Position numbers and translations under genes: made by a program. The notes beneath the pieces are model-generated. The model made no database searches. It was not told the DNA's origin and saw only the letters and a program-made list of their open reading frames with translations. This document shows positions 36,842 through 48,299 of a DNA stretch of 64,000 nt, one piece after another (position 1 is the stretch's first letter; each line of letters starts with the position of its first letter). The DNA comes from Psammoneis japonica. Taxonomy: Eukaryota. The stretch covers positions 367,598 through 431,597 of the forward strand of contig QPGO01000028.1 of assembly GCA_008632985.1 (NCBI GenBank), in the 5' to 3' direction.

Positions 36842-39800
36842 TCACCCAGCTGCTCCCCGTCGTTCTTTCATTGGTCGGGCTGAAGAATCCCGCCCAGGTG
36901 GAACATCGCGCTTGCGCTCGAAGCATGACACCCTGGACACCATGCCTTGCGGCACGCGGGCCAGTCCCCAACACTGTGAACAAAATTGGCACAGAATGTC
37001 CCTCGAGTCCACTTCAGCATCCTCCCACATTCTTTGCAGCGTCCGCTCCATAGAGTGCATCTTTGGGGTTCCTCGAAGCTGCCACGGACTGTGTGAAATG
37101 AAGGGAAAAACAAGACCGATGAGAAGGGGTTCGAACATTTCACCAGGCCAAAAAGGCCCAGCTCCGGCCGGCACTGGAAAAACGATGTCCGCTGCCTTGC
37201 ACAATTGTTTTTGCCACTCGGGGGTCATGAGTCGGGGACACACAAAGATGTGAAATGACTCCTGGCGCTTGAGCCGTGCAATTCGCAATTCTTCGAGGGC
37301 CGCCCTAGCCGCAGCTGGGGGTGGTGCCCAAATCCAAGTCCCCGACCAGAACACGGGCATCTCGACTGCCTCACAAAGCAGGCAGTGCCACCCAGATGCG
37401 TCATGTTTCTTGTGGCACCAGTCCAGCGGTGAGAGCAGTTCTGCCACAGGTGATCCCGCCCAGGAGCGTGTCCACTCTAACAGCGAAGGGGCTCGCTCCG
37501 TTGCAGCCAGGTGAAGAGGCACGAATGAGAGCATCCTGGCTCCATTCATGACTCCTTCGGTCAGCGCGCCTCGTGACACTCCATCTGTGCCCTGGGCTGT
37601 CATCCGTTTGCCCGACACATGGACAAGGTGCAGCATGAAGCCGCACCTGGCCTCAAGCACCCTCAACCGAATCACCTGTTCCAGGAGCTTCGGATTCGAT
37701 GAAGTCCCCTCATACACGGCAATCTCTGAAACGGAGTTGTCAGTAAAAAAGCAGAGAGTGGCTCCTTCAAGCTCGCCGGATTCAGCCAGCTCCTGAATGG
37801 CATCGATTGTGTTTGACAGCTCCTTCCAATTCGACGAGTTTGACTGGTCGTCATCACCCCAGACGCCAATCCGGAATACAATCGCGCCGTCCTTAGTCTG
37901 GACTGAGGATCCCAGACCTCTTCCAGACGCATCGCCAAATCCGCGCAGGACCACCACGACCCTCGACGATCGGATGACCCTTGCTGTTGGTTTTTCGGGC
38001 TCTAGAATCCATTGTAGTGCTTTCAAGTTGGAGAATGAATGTGGCACTGCTCGAACCGACTCGGGGTGCTTGCCGTCTCGAAGGGTCTCGGTGAGTTCAC
38101 ATGGGTTGACTCCAAGCTTGTCTGCCTCATGATGAATCCACGATGCGCATTCCTTGTCAGCCATGGCCCACCCGTCTGCCTTTCGGTTGGGCGCCAGCCA
38201 TCCAAAGTCAAGTGAATCTCTTTGAGAAAAGGGGTTGGGAAAGGGTGGGTCATGGCCGCATGGACTAGAAAGCCCCGTTTCCGCTCGAGATCCTTGAAAC
38301 CAAAGTCCAGGAGGGCGAACTCGTCCATCCCGTCATGGTGAGACAGAAGAAACTTGATCATGTCCTTGCCCTTGTCCCACTTGGCCTGAGAGAGTGATTG
38401 AGTGACGTTTGGACCAAGGACACGAAAAACAGCCCCCGCCCAGGCGCCAGTCTCTTGCTGTGATGGGGGGCGGACCTTTCGAGGGGCGTTCTGGAGCCCG
38501 AAACATTGCAGCCTGGAAGCCATTTGATGGGCCACTTGCCAAGCCGCTTCTTCACTGGCTCCCATGCCTCGCAAGTCGTCAACGAAGGTTTTGATGTCAC
38601 CGGCGATGATTTTCAGCACAGAATTCCATTTAATCACAGCAGGGTCCTGAACTTTGTGGTTGGGATCCCCTGGTGGGTTGAGCAGGACTTTGTCGAAACC
38701 CATTGGATTTCCAGGGCGGCTGGGGTCGCCACGTGCCACTTCGTCCGCCCAGCAGCAGGTTCGCACCGCGTTGTGAGGGCTGGGCTTCATCCCCACAAAC
38801 AGTCGGTTCCAACGCTCCATGCCTGCTGGAGATTCATTCCCCACTGGGTGGGGGAGGTGAGCCCGAAGCGGCGACAAGTCGATGCCGGCATGCGGACGAA
38901 TCTTAGGGTCCACAAAAAAGTTGAGAAACATGTCCCCGAGATCAAAATCAATGGAAAAGGTAGAGTCGGTCATGCACCCAAGCACCGATGCCGCGGCAGG
39001 GAGGAAGAAGGAAGGGGCCCATAGAGCGTCATTGAGCCCAGACGAGGTGCCGTTGTGCGCCATTCTAATGTCTTCAATCACTTCCTCCATCCTTCCGTCG
39101 GGACCCGGGATCAAAGACACAGCCTTGGGCACCCAAAAACAGTCTGTGAGACTCATTGCTGGCCCAGCCTCAATGCACCCATGGTCCCGGACCTTCTGCA
39201 TTTTCGCAGCCATGCGCTGGACCTCGGTGGTCGAGCCACGAACACGTTGCCGCCTGCAATTCCGGGGAAGCGTGCCTCACACAAATGTGGGGAGCCCACC
39301 CCGTGCCACCTGGCGTTGCTCGGGTGAAGGCCAGCGCCAAAAGAAAAGAGATGACCCCCGGTCCCAGTTCCACCAAGAACTTGCCAGAGTCTGCGAGAGA
39401 ACGTCTGCGCCAAGGTTCCCATCCAGCAACAAAGATGGGAGTGGTGGGTCTCGGCACAACCCCCCCCCCCCCCCCCCGATGACTCAACAAGGAGTCCCCC
39501 AACCATCGCCGCCAGCCAACCAGGCGAAGTGGCCAAGCAGGGCCATGACAACTCCGCAAGCATCCCAAAAAAGAGCGTGTTGACCGCCGCCACCACCACC
39601 GGAGAGTGAGCACTCGCAGAGCTGGGAGGACAGGTCCAAATGTGGGAAACAGAAGGGTTGTGCGCTTGTCCCACAGGCGAAATGGCGGCAGTGCAGAGTC
39701 CCCTTTTGCCGCCTTGGCAGTGACAAGGGTCAGGTCAATCCATTCATGCGACAGGTGTTGGCCCAGAGCAGGTGGCCAAGTGGCAGTGGCTGGCGCAAGG

Positions 39801-39943
39801 ACCCGGGTAGACCCGGCCGCAGGGAGCTGCACTGAAGGTTGTGAGATGCCCCTCGATCGTTGCACAATGAAATGGTCCGTCACTGTGGTGAGGAGATTGA
39901 GAGGAATCAACAGCTTCAAAATCTCACCAGATGCCAGACCCAA
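36842..39943 (-). pseudogene. RT + RNase H of the YR element (frameshifted)
   Basis: DFDLGDMFLNF, GMKPSP and TFVDD (38023..39213). GFGDASG, SSNWKEL, FTDN, HVSGKRM and QGTDGVSR (36842..38164). Confidence 0.88.
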
Positions 39944-40701
39944 AAAATCCTGGGTCCGAAATCAAAGAGGGAAATCCCATGCGGCAAGGAGTTTGTCCTC
40001 AATCAAACTCCTTGGGATCCACCCCGTGTGAGATCGATGAGATTGGCGCACCACAGGTCACTGGGGGAATTGATCTGGGGAACTCGCCTGTCCCGCCAAC
40101 TTGTGGTCAATGACATGCCCGATGGATTGATCCAAGCCCCGGGTCACATCAGGGAGTGAGGCACCAACACCAAAGAAGGACGTGCGAAAGGTCGTGATGC
40201 CACCAGTCCCCGCATGGGCAAGGGTGGCGCAAGGTGGGTGTCGCAAACCCCGCAAGCTTCGTCTCGAGACCCGTCCGACCGGAACCAAGTGCATCAGGGA
40301 TTCGCACTCCAAACGAGAGATCCGCTCCAAAAACACAGGGTCCCCAGAGACCAAGATGACATTGCTAGATTTCGAAGCCTCAGCAATGCCGGACGACGAG
40401 ATGCACTGAAGCGATGCACCCACTTGGGCCTCAAAGAGATCTGTCAAAAGAATCTCCAACGGCGATGGCAGTTCATTGTCACAACACAGGACAACACGAG
40501 GCCACTCAGAGCACCTGAGAGCCAAAAGCCAAGTGGGGGGCCCAGTGCAAACAATCAAGCAGGAACCGCGGAAGGAAAACACTTTGCGGCCACGAATGAC
40601 GAGCCCTTTGTTTTCCCCTGGGGGTGACTCCTCCCCCATTGAGCTTCATTTCTTGGACTCTAAAGCCTTGAGCCGCTGGTTAACTTCCTTCAACTCCGTC
40701 T

Positions 40702-43130
40702 TTAGCTTGTTGACCTCCTGGTGAGCCATGTCCACTGAGCCTGTGCCGACTTTGCCTCAGTTCCTGCGTTCTTTGCTTTGTCCGTCAGAGCAGTCACCGC
40801 AGCTTGAAGGGCGGTTGCTGCCTCAAATCCAGAGTTTGTTGCAAGGAATTTCACATGCTCCGAGGCCATCGACGGGTGGTCCCTAAAATTGTGGGCCGTG
40901 CACTCAGCCATCATGTCCTGGGAGCGAAAAACCGCCCAAAGGATTTGGCTGCATGCTGCACCCGGATCCGTGCCCGCGATTGATGTGAAGACCCCAGATC
41001 GGACCTGATTGAGATCATCAAAAATGCGGTGCACTGGCTTTGACGTTAAAGACCAAGCCTGCTTGTGTGAAAACTTGCTCAACTGCACTGAGTTGTCGCA
41101 GGTTTCATCCATGAACTGGATCAGTCCCTGCACAAATGCCACCGACTTAGACAGCGCGTCTCGAACCACCTGACCCTCGAAAGACCCGCCAGGGATCCTC
41201 TGGCCGATGTCACTCAGAATGTTCCTTTCGACAGTGCCAATCTTTTCCACAATGAAGTGTTTGGTCCCTGTCGACCCAGTCGTCCAGTGGTCGTGTGTTG
41301 CCACCTTGTCCAGGAACGAAGGATGCAGACCCGGGGACTGGGCACCTTTTGCTGAACCCGAGTCGAGGATCCCCGGCATGCTGTGCTGGAAGCTGGCCAG
41401 AGTTCTTGCGTCCTCTTCTGTGCTGATCTTTAAATCCATGCGCTTGGACAAACCCGCCAAGAAATGGTGCAGTGCTGCAGGTTCGGCACCCACAATCCAG
41501 TGCAACAGCAAGTTTGCGTCCGTGAGGCAACCATGCGCTCTGGACGAAAAATGTTGGACCATCCAGGCTTGGCATTCCCCAAAGGACGACACACCTGCTC
41601 CCGAGAACTTGATCGCCGACGAGTCAGACTTGGACTTCAACTCGTTCACCGCTTGGCCAAGGTCTCGGACCCGATTCTCGAGCGATGCCGAGATTCCAGT
41701 CCCCAATCCACCACCCAGGCCTGGTGAGCCAGAGTTTTCCAGATTCTGGACTCCACTGACAAGCTGGTTGCACACCCTCAAGATCCCCGCTCTCAGAGAG
41801 TCCATGTCCCGTTTCGCGGCCATCCCCAACATTTGGGCTTGTAGTCCCTGAATGGCGGCGTTGACTCTTGAAGCCAGGCCATTGGAGCCAGCCCAAAAGT
41901 TGCTTTCCATGCACGACAACTCGGACGAGAAATCCCAAGGTTGGTGATCCAATGCACCAACAGCTGTCAAGTTGGCGAGTGTTCCCCAAATCGTCGGGGC
42001 TTCCACGCGCTGGTCAAATTCCGGCGGAGGGGAACCCAGAGAGGCGTCAAGCTGCTCCAGCTTTTGACTGAGAACGTTGATGAGAGAGTCCATCTCCTTG
42101 AACTGCATGCAGGCTTTGTTTCCCAGGTCACCAAGTGTGTTGTTTCCCGTCTCCGTCAAGTTGCGTTCAAGGGATTGGACCACGCGAGCCAGGGCTGCTG
42201 GGCTCTTGTTCGCCGCAAGGAACTGAGATGGGGTGGTGGAGATCACTGGTTGGTGAGGCAAGAATTGGCCAAACAAGGATCCCGGGAAGCCTTGCTGAAG
42301 GGGTCTTTCCTCTTGGCTGGGGTCTTGAAAGCCGCCGCCTCCTCATGCTGTTTTAAGGAGGCTCCGAACTCGTCCTCTGTGGGGCAGCGAGTTTCGCTGT
42401 TTTCCAGGACAAGGAATTGCTGGCGCCATCCCGCCAGAGTGTCGGTGGTGGACTCCCACTTCACTGACACATCCGCCAACACAAGCAATCCGTTCAACGC
42501 AGGTTGGCAAAACGCTGTGTCTGGTGTCTTCAGAATCGACACCATGCCGTTGGACGGAAGGCCTTTCTTCGAACCTTTGTGTTTGACCTTACAATCCGTG
42601 GCCTTCTTAAAACAAAAGGTTGCGCCCCCTCCAACAATGCCCATGCAACGCAAATTGTCAGCACCTTCCATCCAAATGACACGAAAACGAGGTGCATCAG
42701 ACGAAGGAGACGCACCTTCCTCCTTCATTGCAGACGCACCTCGAGGAGCTCCCTCATCTTTTGGAGCGAAGAAATCAATGTGAGGTGCACGCTCTTCAGC
42801 TCCTTCGCCTGCTCTAGATGGCAGAGCGTCAAAAGCCGAACCCGGGTTGGGGGAAATGACTTCCCCCAATTCAGCCTGCTCAATGTCCGAATGTCCGACA
42901 TCGCCGGTCATTTCGCCCAGGGTTGAGCCCCCGAGAGAAGGGTTCAAGCCCTCAACCCCCCCTTGATGACCCAACGCGGACGGTGGGGCCCGACAAGAGG
43001 GCGACGAAGGAGAACGAGTTGAGAACGGAGAGATGACATCCACCTTGAGCGTACGAGCGATGTTGACAAAGGCGCCGTCGTCGCCGGAGGAGAAGCAATC
43101 AGGCATGAGCGAGAAAAAGAGAGGGAGCAA
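40702..43130 (-). pseudogene. gag-like ORF1 of the YR element (frameshifted near 42260)
   Basis: ORFs 42243..43130 (C-x-G...FC....C...H) and 40702..42276 (coiled-coil rich) lie directly after repeat A1. Confidence 0.7.
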
Positions 43131-44029
43131 AAAGAAGCTTTTCCACTGCTTTGGTGTGATCCAGTCACATTGATCAGGGTTCCTGTCTCAACAAAGATGG
43201 AAAAGTGAAGGTAAAAATGCCGAGCAGGTTTGACCGGTCACTGTGACCGGCAATCTTGGTCCAGAAGTGCCCTCTTCTGGAAGGGCCATGAGTCTCAGGT
43301 CTTGTCAGTTGGGGAGTCTTGCATCGCACGGTACGTCTCCATCTAAACTTGGGTACGAGGAGGGCTTACACAGCTGTTTAATGCCACAGAAGTTGGTCAA
43401 TTTTGGCGGGATTTTTTACGTAGAATTCTACGTTGTGCATGGTATGCCATGCACAAGGTTTGAGTCGCTCAAGTTCCAAGTACCTCGTTTCAGTAGGACA
43501 TAGATAGCGTTTATTGACGATGAGTCAATACTTGTTAGTATGTTTAATGGACAGCCTTTAAAATGTCAGCTTTCTTGTTCCAATGACCTTGGAAGTGGAG
43601 TCACTTGTTGGCGAGGCTAATGCGTAGCTTTTGTACGAGGAGTTACACAAGTATTTTTCTACGTCATTTCTACGTGAATCGCTGAATCTCATTACACGTG
43701 TACCACATCAACCGCTTCAAGTGGGTCAATAAGAACGTCAAAGGCGTCTGACATGTTTGACACAATGAGGTCTTTCCAGACACTTCAAAGTAGTTGATTA
43801 ATAGGATGACCAAAAGGCGCCAAAAAATTGAGTTGTGCATAGCATGCTATGCACATGCGCGATTTTGGCGATAATTCGCAAAAATGTCTGTGCATACTGT
43901 AGCATGCTATGCACAGCGCGAGCGGGCCGGTAGGTGCCGTAAGGTGTACCTACACTAAAGTTGCACGGCCCAAAAAATAAGACGGAAGTAGAGAACGATC
44001 ACATCCGAACCAATCAAATCTCAGAAGCC

Positions 44030-44246
44030 CCTGCTCACGATGATCGGGGTTCCTGTTCCAACAAAGCTGGAAAAGTGAGAGAATAGAAAACCGAGTTGTT
44101 GACCGGACATCTTTGTTTGAAGGTGCCCTCCTCCAACACACGAACCTGGCATCGAATGATCGATGGGCAGGCTTGCTCTTAGCTTCGCGTGTCTCCATCT
44201 AAGAGGGTTTCTAATGTAATTCTAATAAACTTGGGTACGACGAGGG
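44030..44246 (-). repeat. Diverged relic of a YR-element A repeat
   Basis: tgatcggggttcctgttccaacaaagctggaaaagtg, gtctccatcta and taaacttgggtacga match blocks of 43127-43361 in the same order. Confidence 0.7.
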
Positions 44247-44480
44247 CGATACTGTAGGTAGTTTCCTGTGCTCAAGTGCACTGGCTGGAGAGTGCGTGGC
44301 TGTGCATCTATCTGCCTACCCGATCTATCTGCCTGCCGTGTGTGCGTCGTCCGTATTGTTGCCGGAGGCCGCTGAAGTAAATACGGTACCGGTAGAGCGA
44401 GATGCACACGCGGCAAAACTTTTCCCCTCAAAATGATGGATTCACGGTACGGCTATTCCCACGCCCTGACTATTAGTACA

Positions 44481-46647
44481 TTAACCTTGACGTGACCTTT
44501 TCGTACCGCGTTCGACTTCCTCCGAAGCAAATTCGTCTCCCTCGTCACGTTGATGCTCATTCTGCTGGAGAAGCAATTCCGTGAGTCTTTCACGATCCAA
44601 CAAGGATTCACCCTGCAGATGTCTTCTCGAAGGGTTTCCCTCGAGACGACGAAGCAATGATGCTAGCTCTGCACGATCCACGGCATCTGTCAAGGAGTGC
44701 TCTGTAGCACGCCTTCCTGGTATCTGCTCCATACCAGATAACTGCGGTTGCACCAGCATATTTCGTGACTGAAGAGGCAACCCTGCCGATGAGAAAGGAA
44801 GTACTGATGCCAGTGTCGGCATTCCAAGGGGTAATGATTGGCCTTGGCCCAGTGAGAACAACCCCGGATAAACGGCATACGGAGGAAATGCTTGTTGATT
44901 AATTGACTGTATTTGACTGGCAAGCAAAATGTCCTGCTGTTGCTGCAAGATCTGCTCCCTCTCCATTGCACGCAGCAACCGTTCCTGCTCGGCCCCTTCC
45001 TGGAGTGCCATCATCATTCTACGCTCTTGTTCTCGTGCTGAGGGATTTATGCTACCTCTGGCAGCTAGCATGTCGCTGGATAACCCCCGGAGATGCACCG
45101 GAAGCCGAGCGACTCCATCAACTCCGCTTGAAGACTCAGAAGATGGCATTGAGGCTATTCTTCTTGTGTCGCGAGGCAATCTCTGAAGATGCTCCGGGAG
45201 CCGAGCAACTCCATCAACCCCTCTTGAAGGCTCAACAAACGGCATTGAGGCTACTCTTCTTGTGTCATGAGGCAATCTCCGAAGATGCTCTGGAAGCCGA
45301 GCAACTCCATCAACACCGCTTGAAGACCGCTTCATTGGCACATTCGGACCTGGTTGACTTGTTTGTTTTCTATTACCTCCTCGCTGAACTTCCCAGGCAA
45401 AGCCCAGATCTTCTAGAATTTTGACTTTTTTCGAGTCTAGTCTCGATGGACGTCCATCGTCGAACGCTTTCTTTTCTTGCCGCTGAGTCGATACCCAGTT
45501 GGAGAGCTTCGGATTTGGCTATGCGAAGCAGGTGAAAGCCGTACATACAAACAAAACGAAGCAACAAGAAGCGTTATTGGAACAGGGCGCGACGGGGGAA
45601 GAAAAATATCATGAAAATATCTTGACACGCATCCTTACAGGATATCCCACTGGGACTTGACAGTGGCCATGAAGACTTTTGAACTCAATCAGTTGTTTAA
45701 TCCGAGTTCCCCAAGGTACGTGTCTGGGATCCTTTGTCGCCCAGACGAAACCGATTTCATTCAAGCGAGCGGCACGTTGAGGAGTCATTGGTGTAGATTG
45801 TGCCTGTATTTATTAGCAACAAGACAAAAGCAGAAGTGCATTGCAGTGAGTAACGACAATTCTACTTCTTGCGACACCGACACTTCCTGACCGGCATGCA
45901 GCAATAACACAAGAATCGATTTTGACAACATATTGTGACACATACGTTTCCTTCGGCAAGAATCTTATACTGTCGCCTCTGGGTCGAAACCCAAGAGCCG
46001 AGAGATCTGTCCTCCTTGTATCGATTTGGAACAAGCGTATGCCCGTGCTTTTCCCTAAATTCGACCAGTCTATCAAACATAATGTCCCATCGATCCTTAA
46101 TTTCACCATTTGGCATGACTTGATTTAAGGGATACTGAACCACTTTGCGTTTCTTTTTCTTCTTTTCTTCAGGCTTTGTTTCCTCGGTTGCAGCCGGTTT
46201 CTTATCCTCGTCATCATCTTCAGGCTCGTTGTGTTCCTTCTCTATGGCGGTGCCTGCGGCCTCCTTGTCAGATTTATCAGCGGCGGGGGCTTCTTCTTGC
46301 TCCTTTTCTCCTGCTGGACTTTGTCGTGATGAAGCGGTGGTGTCGTCACTTATCAGTATACCTGGAGGGCCGGGAGACTTACGTGACGAAGCAGTGGTGT
46401 CGTCACTCACCAGCCTATCTGGAGGGCCGCGAGACTGTCGTGATGGAGCAGTGGTGTCGTCACTCATCCGAGGGCCACAGGCTGCTGGAGCAGCAGTTAT
46501 ACTCTGGTGGCTCGTGGTCGCGCCCTCAATACTACCAAATCCCTCTTTGTTGCTGCCCTCCTCGAGCTGCTGAATTGCTGGTGATTTCGGGGCACTATCG
46601 TCCTCACGCGGCGCGCCACCGTCACCTTCCGGCGAGGAGGGTCTCAT
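44481..46647 (-). CDS. Helicase-associated (HA) domain protein, 2 HA repeats, ~634 aa; exons 46647-45946, 45803-45639, 45518-44481
   Basis: WDIMFDRLVEFREKHGHTLVP...LGSWVSTQR...RLNEIGFVW and WGTRIKQLIEFKSLHGHCQVP...LSNWVSTQR...LEDLGFAW. Two phase-0 GT..AG introns join three in-frame exons. Confidence 0.88.
45085..45325 (-). repeat. 96-bp coding tandem repeat (~2.5 copies; GVDGVARLPEHL...)
   Basis: gccgagcRactccatcaac recurs at 96-bp spacing. Confidence 0.9.
46315..46470 (-). repeat. 57-bp coding tandem repeat (~2.6 copies; SDDTTA.SR.S)
   Basis: gtggtgtcgtcact at 46337, 46394 and 46451. Confidence 0.9.
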
Positions 46648-47986
46648 TTCCTACGTATAATCGTTTCGTTCTTCGGATGGACGACAGTGAACCTGGAGAT
46701 GCTCGACCCTGCTGCTGCACACACTTTGCCCTTGTCAGTGAAGAAGCGAGTGCAGATATGCAAGTTTACTATAGAGAAGCTCTGCGTAGCTATGGCCTTC
46801 TTGAAGCTTCCCCCGTCGAGTCCACCGTTGCTACTGCATTCACCTACTGAAGTGTATGCTGTCCTTGTGCTTCTATTCTATACTCTGTCAGGCTGCACAG
46901 ATGATAATGTTGTAACCTGTTGGAGACCCACTGTAGAGCAAAGGGAGAAAAGAATTAAGCAAAACACGCATCGTCAGACATAAGGTGTGTTCTGCCGAAG
47001 GCTCCATTATCCGCCCCGCGGCTGGCTCCTCCTTTACGCATCTGCGCATGCTTCAAATAAAATGATGCTGCTAGTTGGAGGAAGCATGCAAAGGATGATC
47101 AAAGAAGCACGCCAAGAAACTCAAACAACAACAGTTCCTCACACGCCCTGTGCTGCATCATTTTTCTCCCCCAAATAACTCATCACGCATCTCGAGCAAA
47201 AGTAAGAAGAACTGATTACCCTCACTTACACTGTAAAGCAATCTGATGGATGACTTTCAGCAGCGATAGTATCGTACTTGAAGGTGATGTTAGCAACACA
47301 CTCTCACGGTGGTTTTACCATCCCTGGTACATACAAACGCACTCTATCGCGTCTTCGGCGGAACGGCGGGTCGTTTGCGAGTACGAATAGGTAAGCACAC
47401 GATAAAGCGTGCAAGAAAACCCGAAGGAAAGCTGGGTGTCGCCTTTGCTTTGGAAGAACATCGACATCACGTAACGTCCGGGCCCATAAATGTAGTCGTA
47501 GAAACACAGTCATAACAAAAACAAAAAGAGTGCCGGCCCTCTATGTAAAAAATGAAAAGACATCCACCGGCATTGCAAACACGAAACATATTTATTATGG
47601 CTCGAATATAATCACTACGTGGAAGTCTTGATTACCAATGGAGCCGGTGACGTAAGTTAGGCATATTGCAATGTATATCTTCTTGATTTCTCGACGTTGC
47701 CGCGTTCTCCAACCGCCACTGATAAAAAACTACATACGTCATAATACGTAATTCCTTTCTAAGTACAGTACTGTACTCGAACCTATGTACTACATACAGT
47801 ACAGTACATACAAACAATGATGTATCACTTGTTGAGCACAGACCGTTATTGACTCTATTTGTTTATTATTGAACTCAAATTACAAATAATGATTTTGCAG
47901 TAAAACGTGACGCAGTCAGTGTATGTACAGTACATACTACTCGTACAAACCGTCCGTATGTACAGTGCAGTACCGGTATACAGATA

Positions 47987-48295
47987 CCATTCGCTGCGGT
48001 GAAAGAATTTTTTATATTATTAATTACTGAATGTTTTTAATCCAATTTTTTGAGAATTTAGTGATGAAGCACGTGATAAAATCACGGGATGTCCCGTTTT
48101 TAAAAATGCTTGTCTCCCTTACCGCATTTGCAGTGTTGTTTGTTGACACACCTACATAGAGGAACACTGCAAAACCGGTAAGCGAGACATTCATTTTTGA
48201 GCAAAAGGACATCACGATGAGAACACTGGATAAGTTCAGTCGAGTTAGCCCCATTTCTCGAAGAGCCAAATGATTTTTTTCGCCGCAGCGAATGG
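47987..48295. mobile_element. ~310-bp MITE, probably Tc1/mariner-type
   Basis: TIRs ccattcgctgcggtgaaa / tttcgccgcagcgaatgg; flanked by TA on the left and CA on the right. Confidence 0.7.
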
Positions 48296-48299
48296 CAGT

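Larger units (their letters stand above)
34464..43361 (-). mobile_element. Ngaro-like tyrosine-recombinase retrotransposon with split direct repeats A1-ORFs-B1-A2-B2
   Basis: A1 43127-43361 = A2 34925-35159; B1 35162-35426 = B2 34464-34905. It encodes gag-like, RT, RNase H and YR ORFs and has no TSD. Confidence 0.92.
34316..43926 (-). mobile_element. MITE copy B (arms 34316-34463 and 43362-43926), interrupted by a YR retroelement
   Basis: The two arms joined reproduce copy A (26797-27502) in reverse complement. Confidence 0.88.

Noticed and set aside
39459..39476. Poly-C run in the YR element
   Set aside because: A simple homopolymer of unreliable length; it may only account for a local frameshift.
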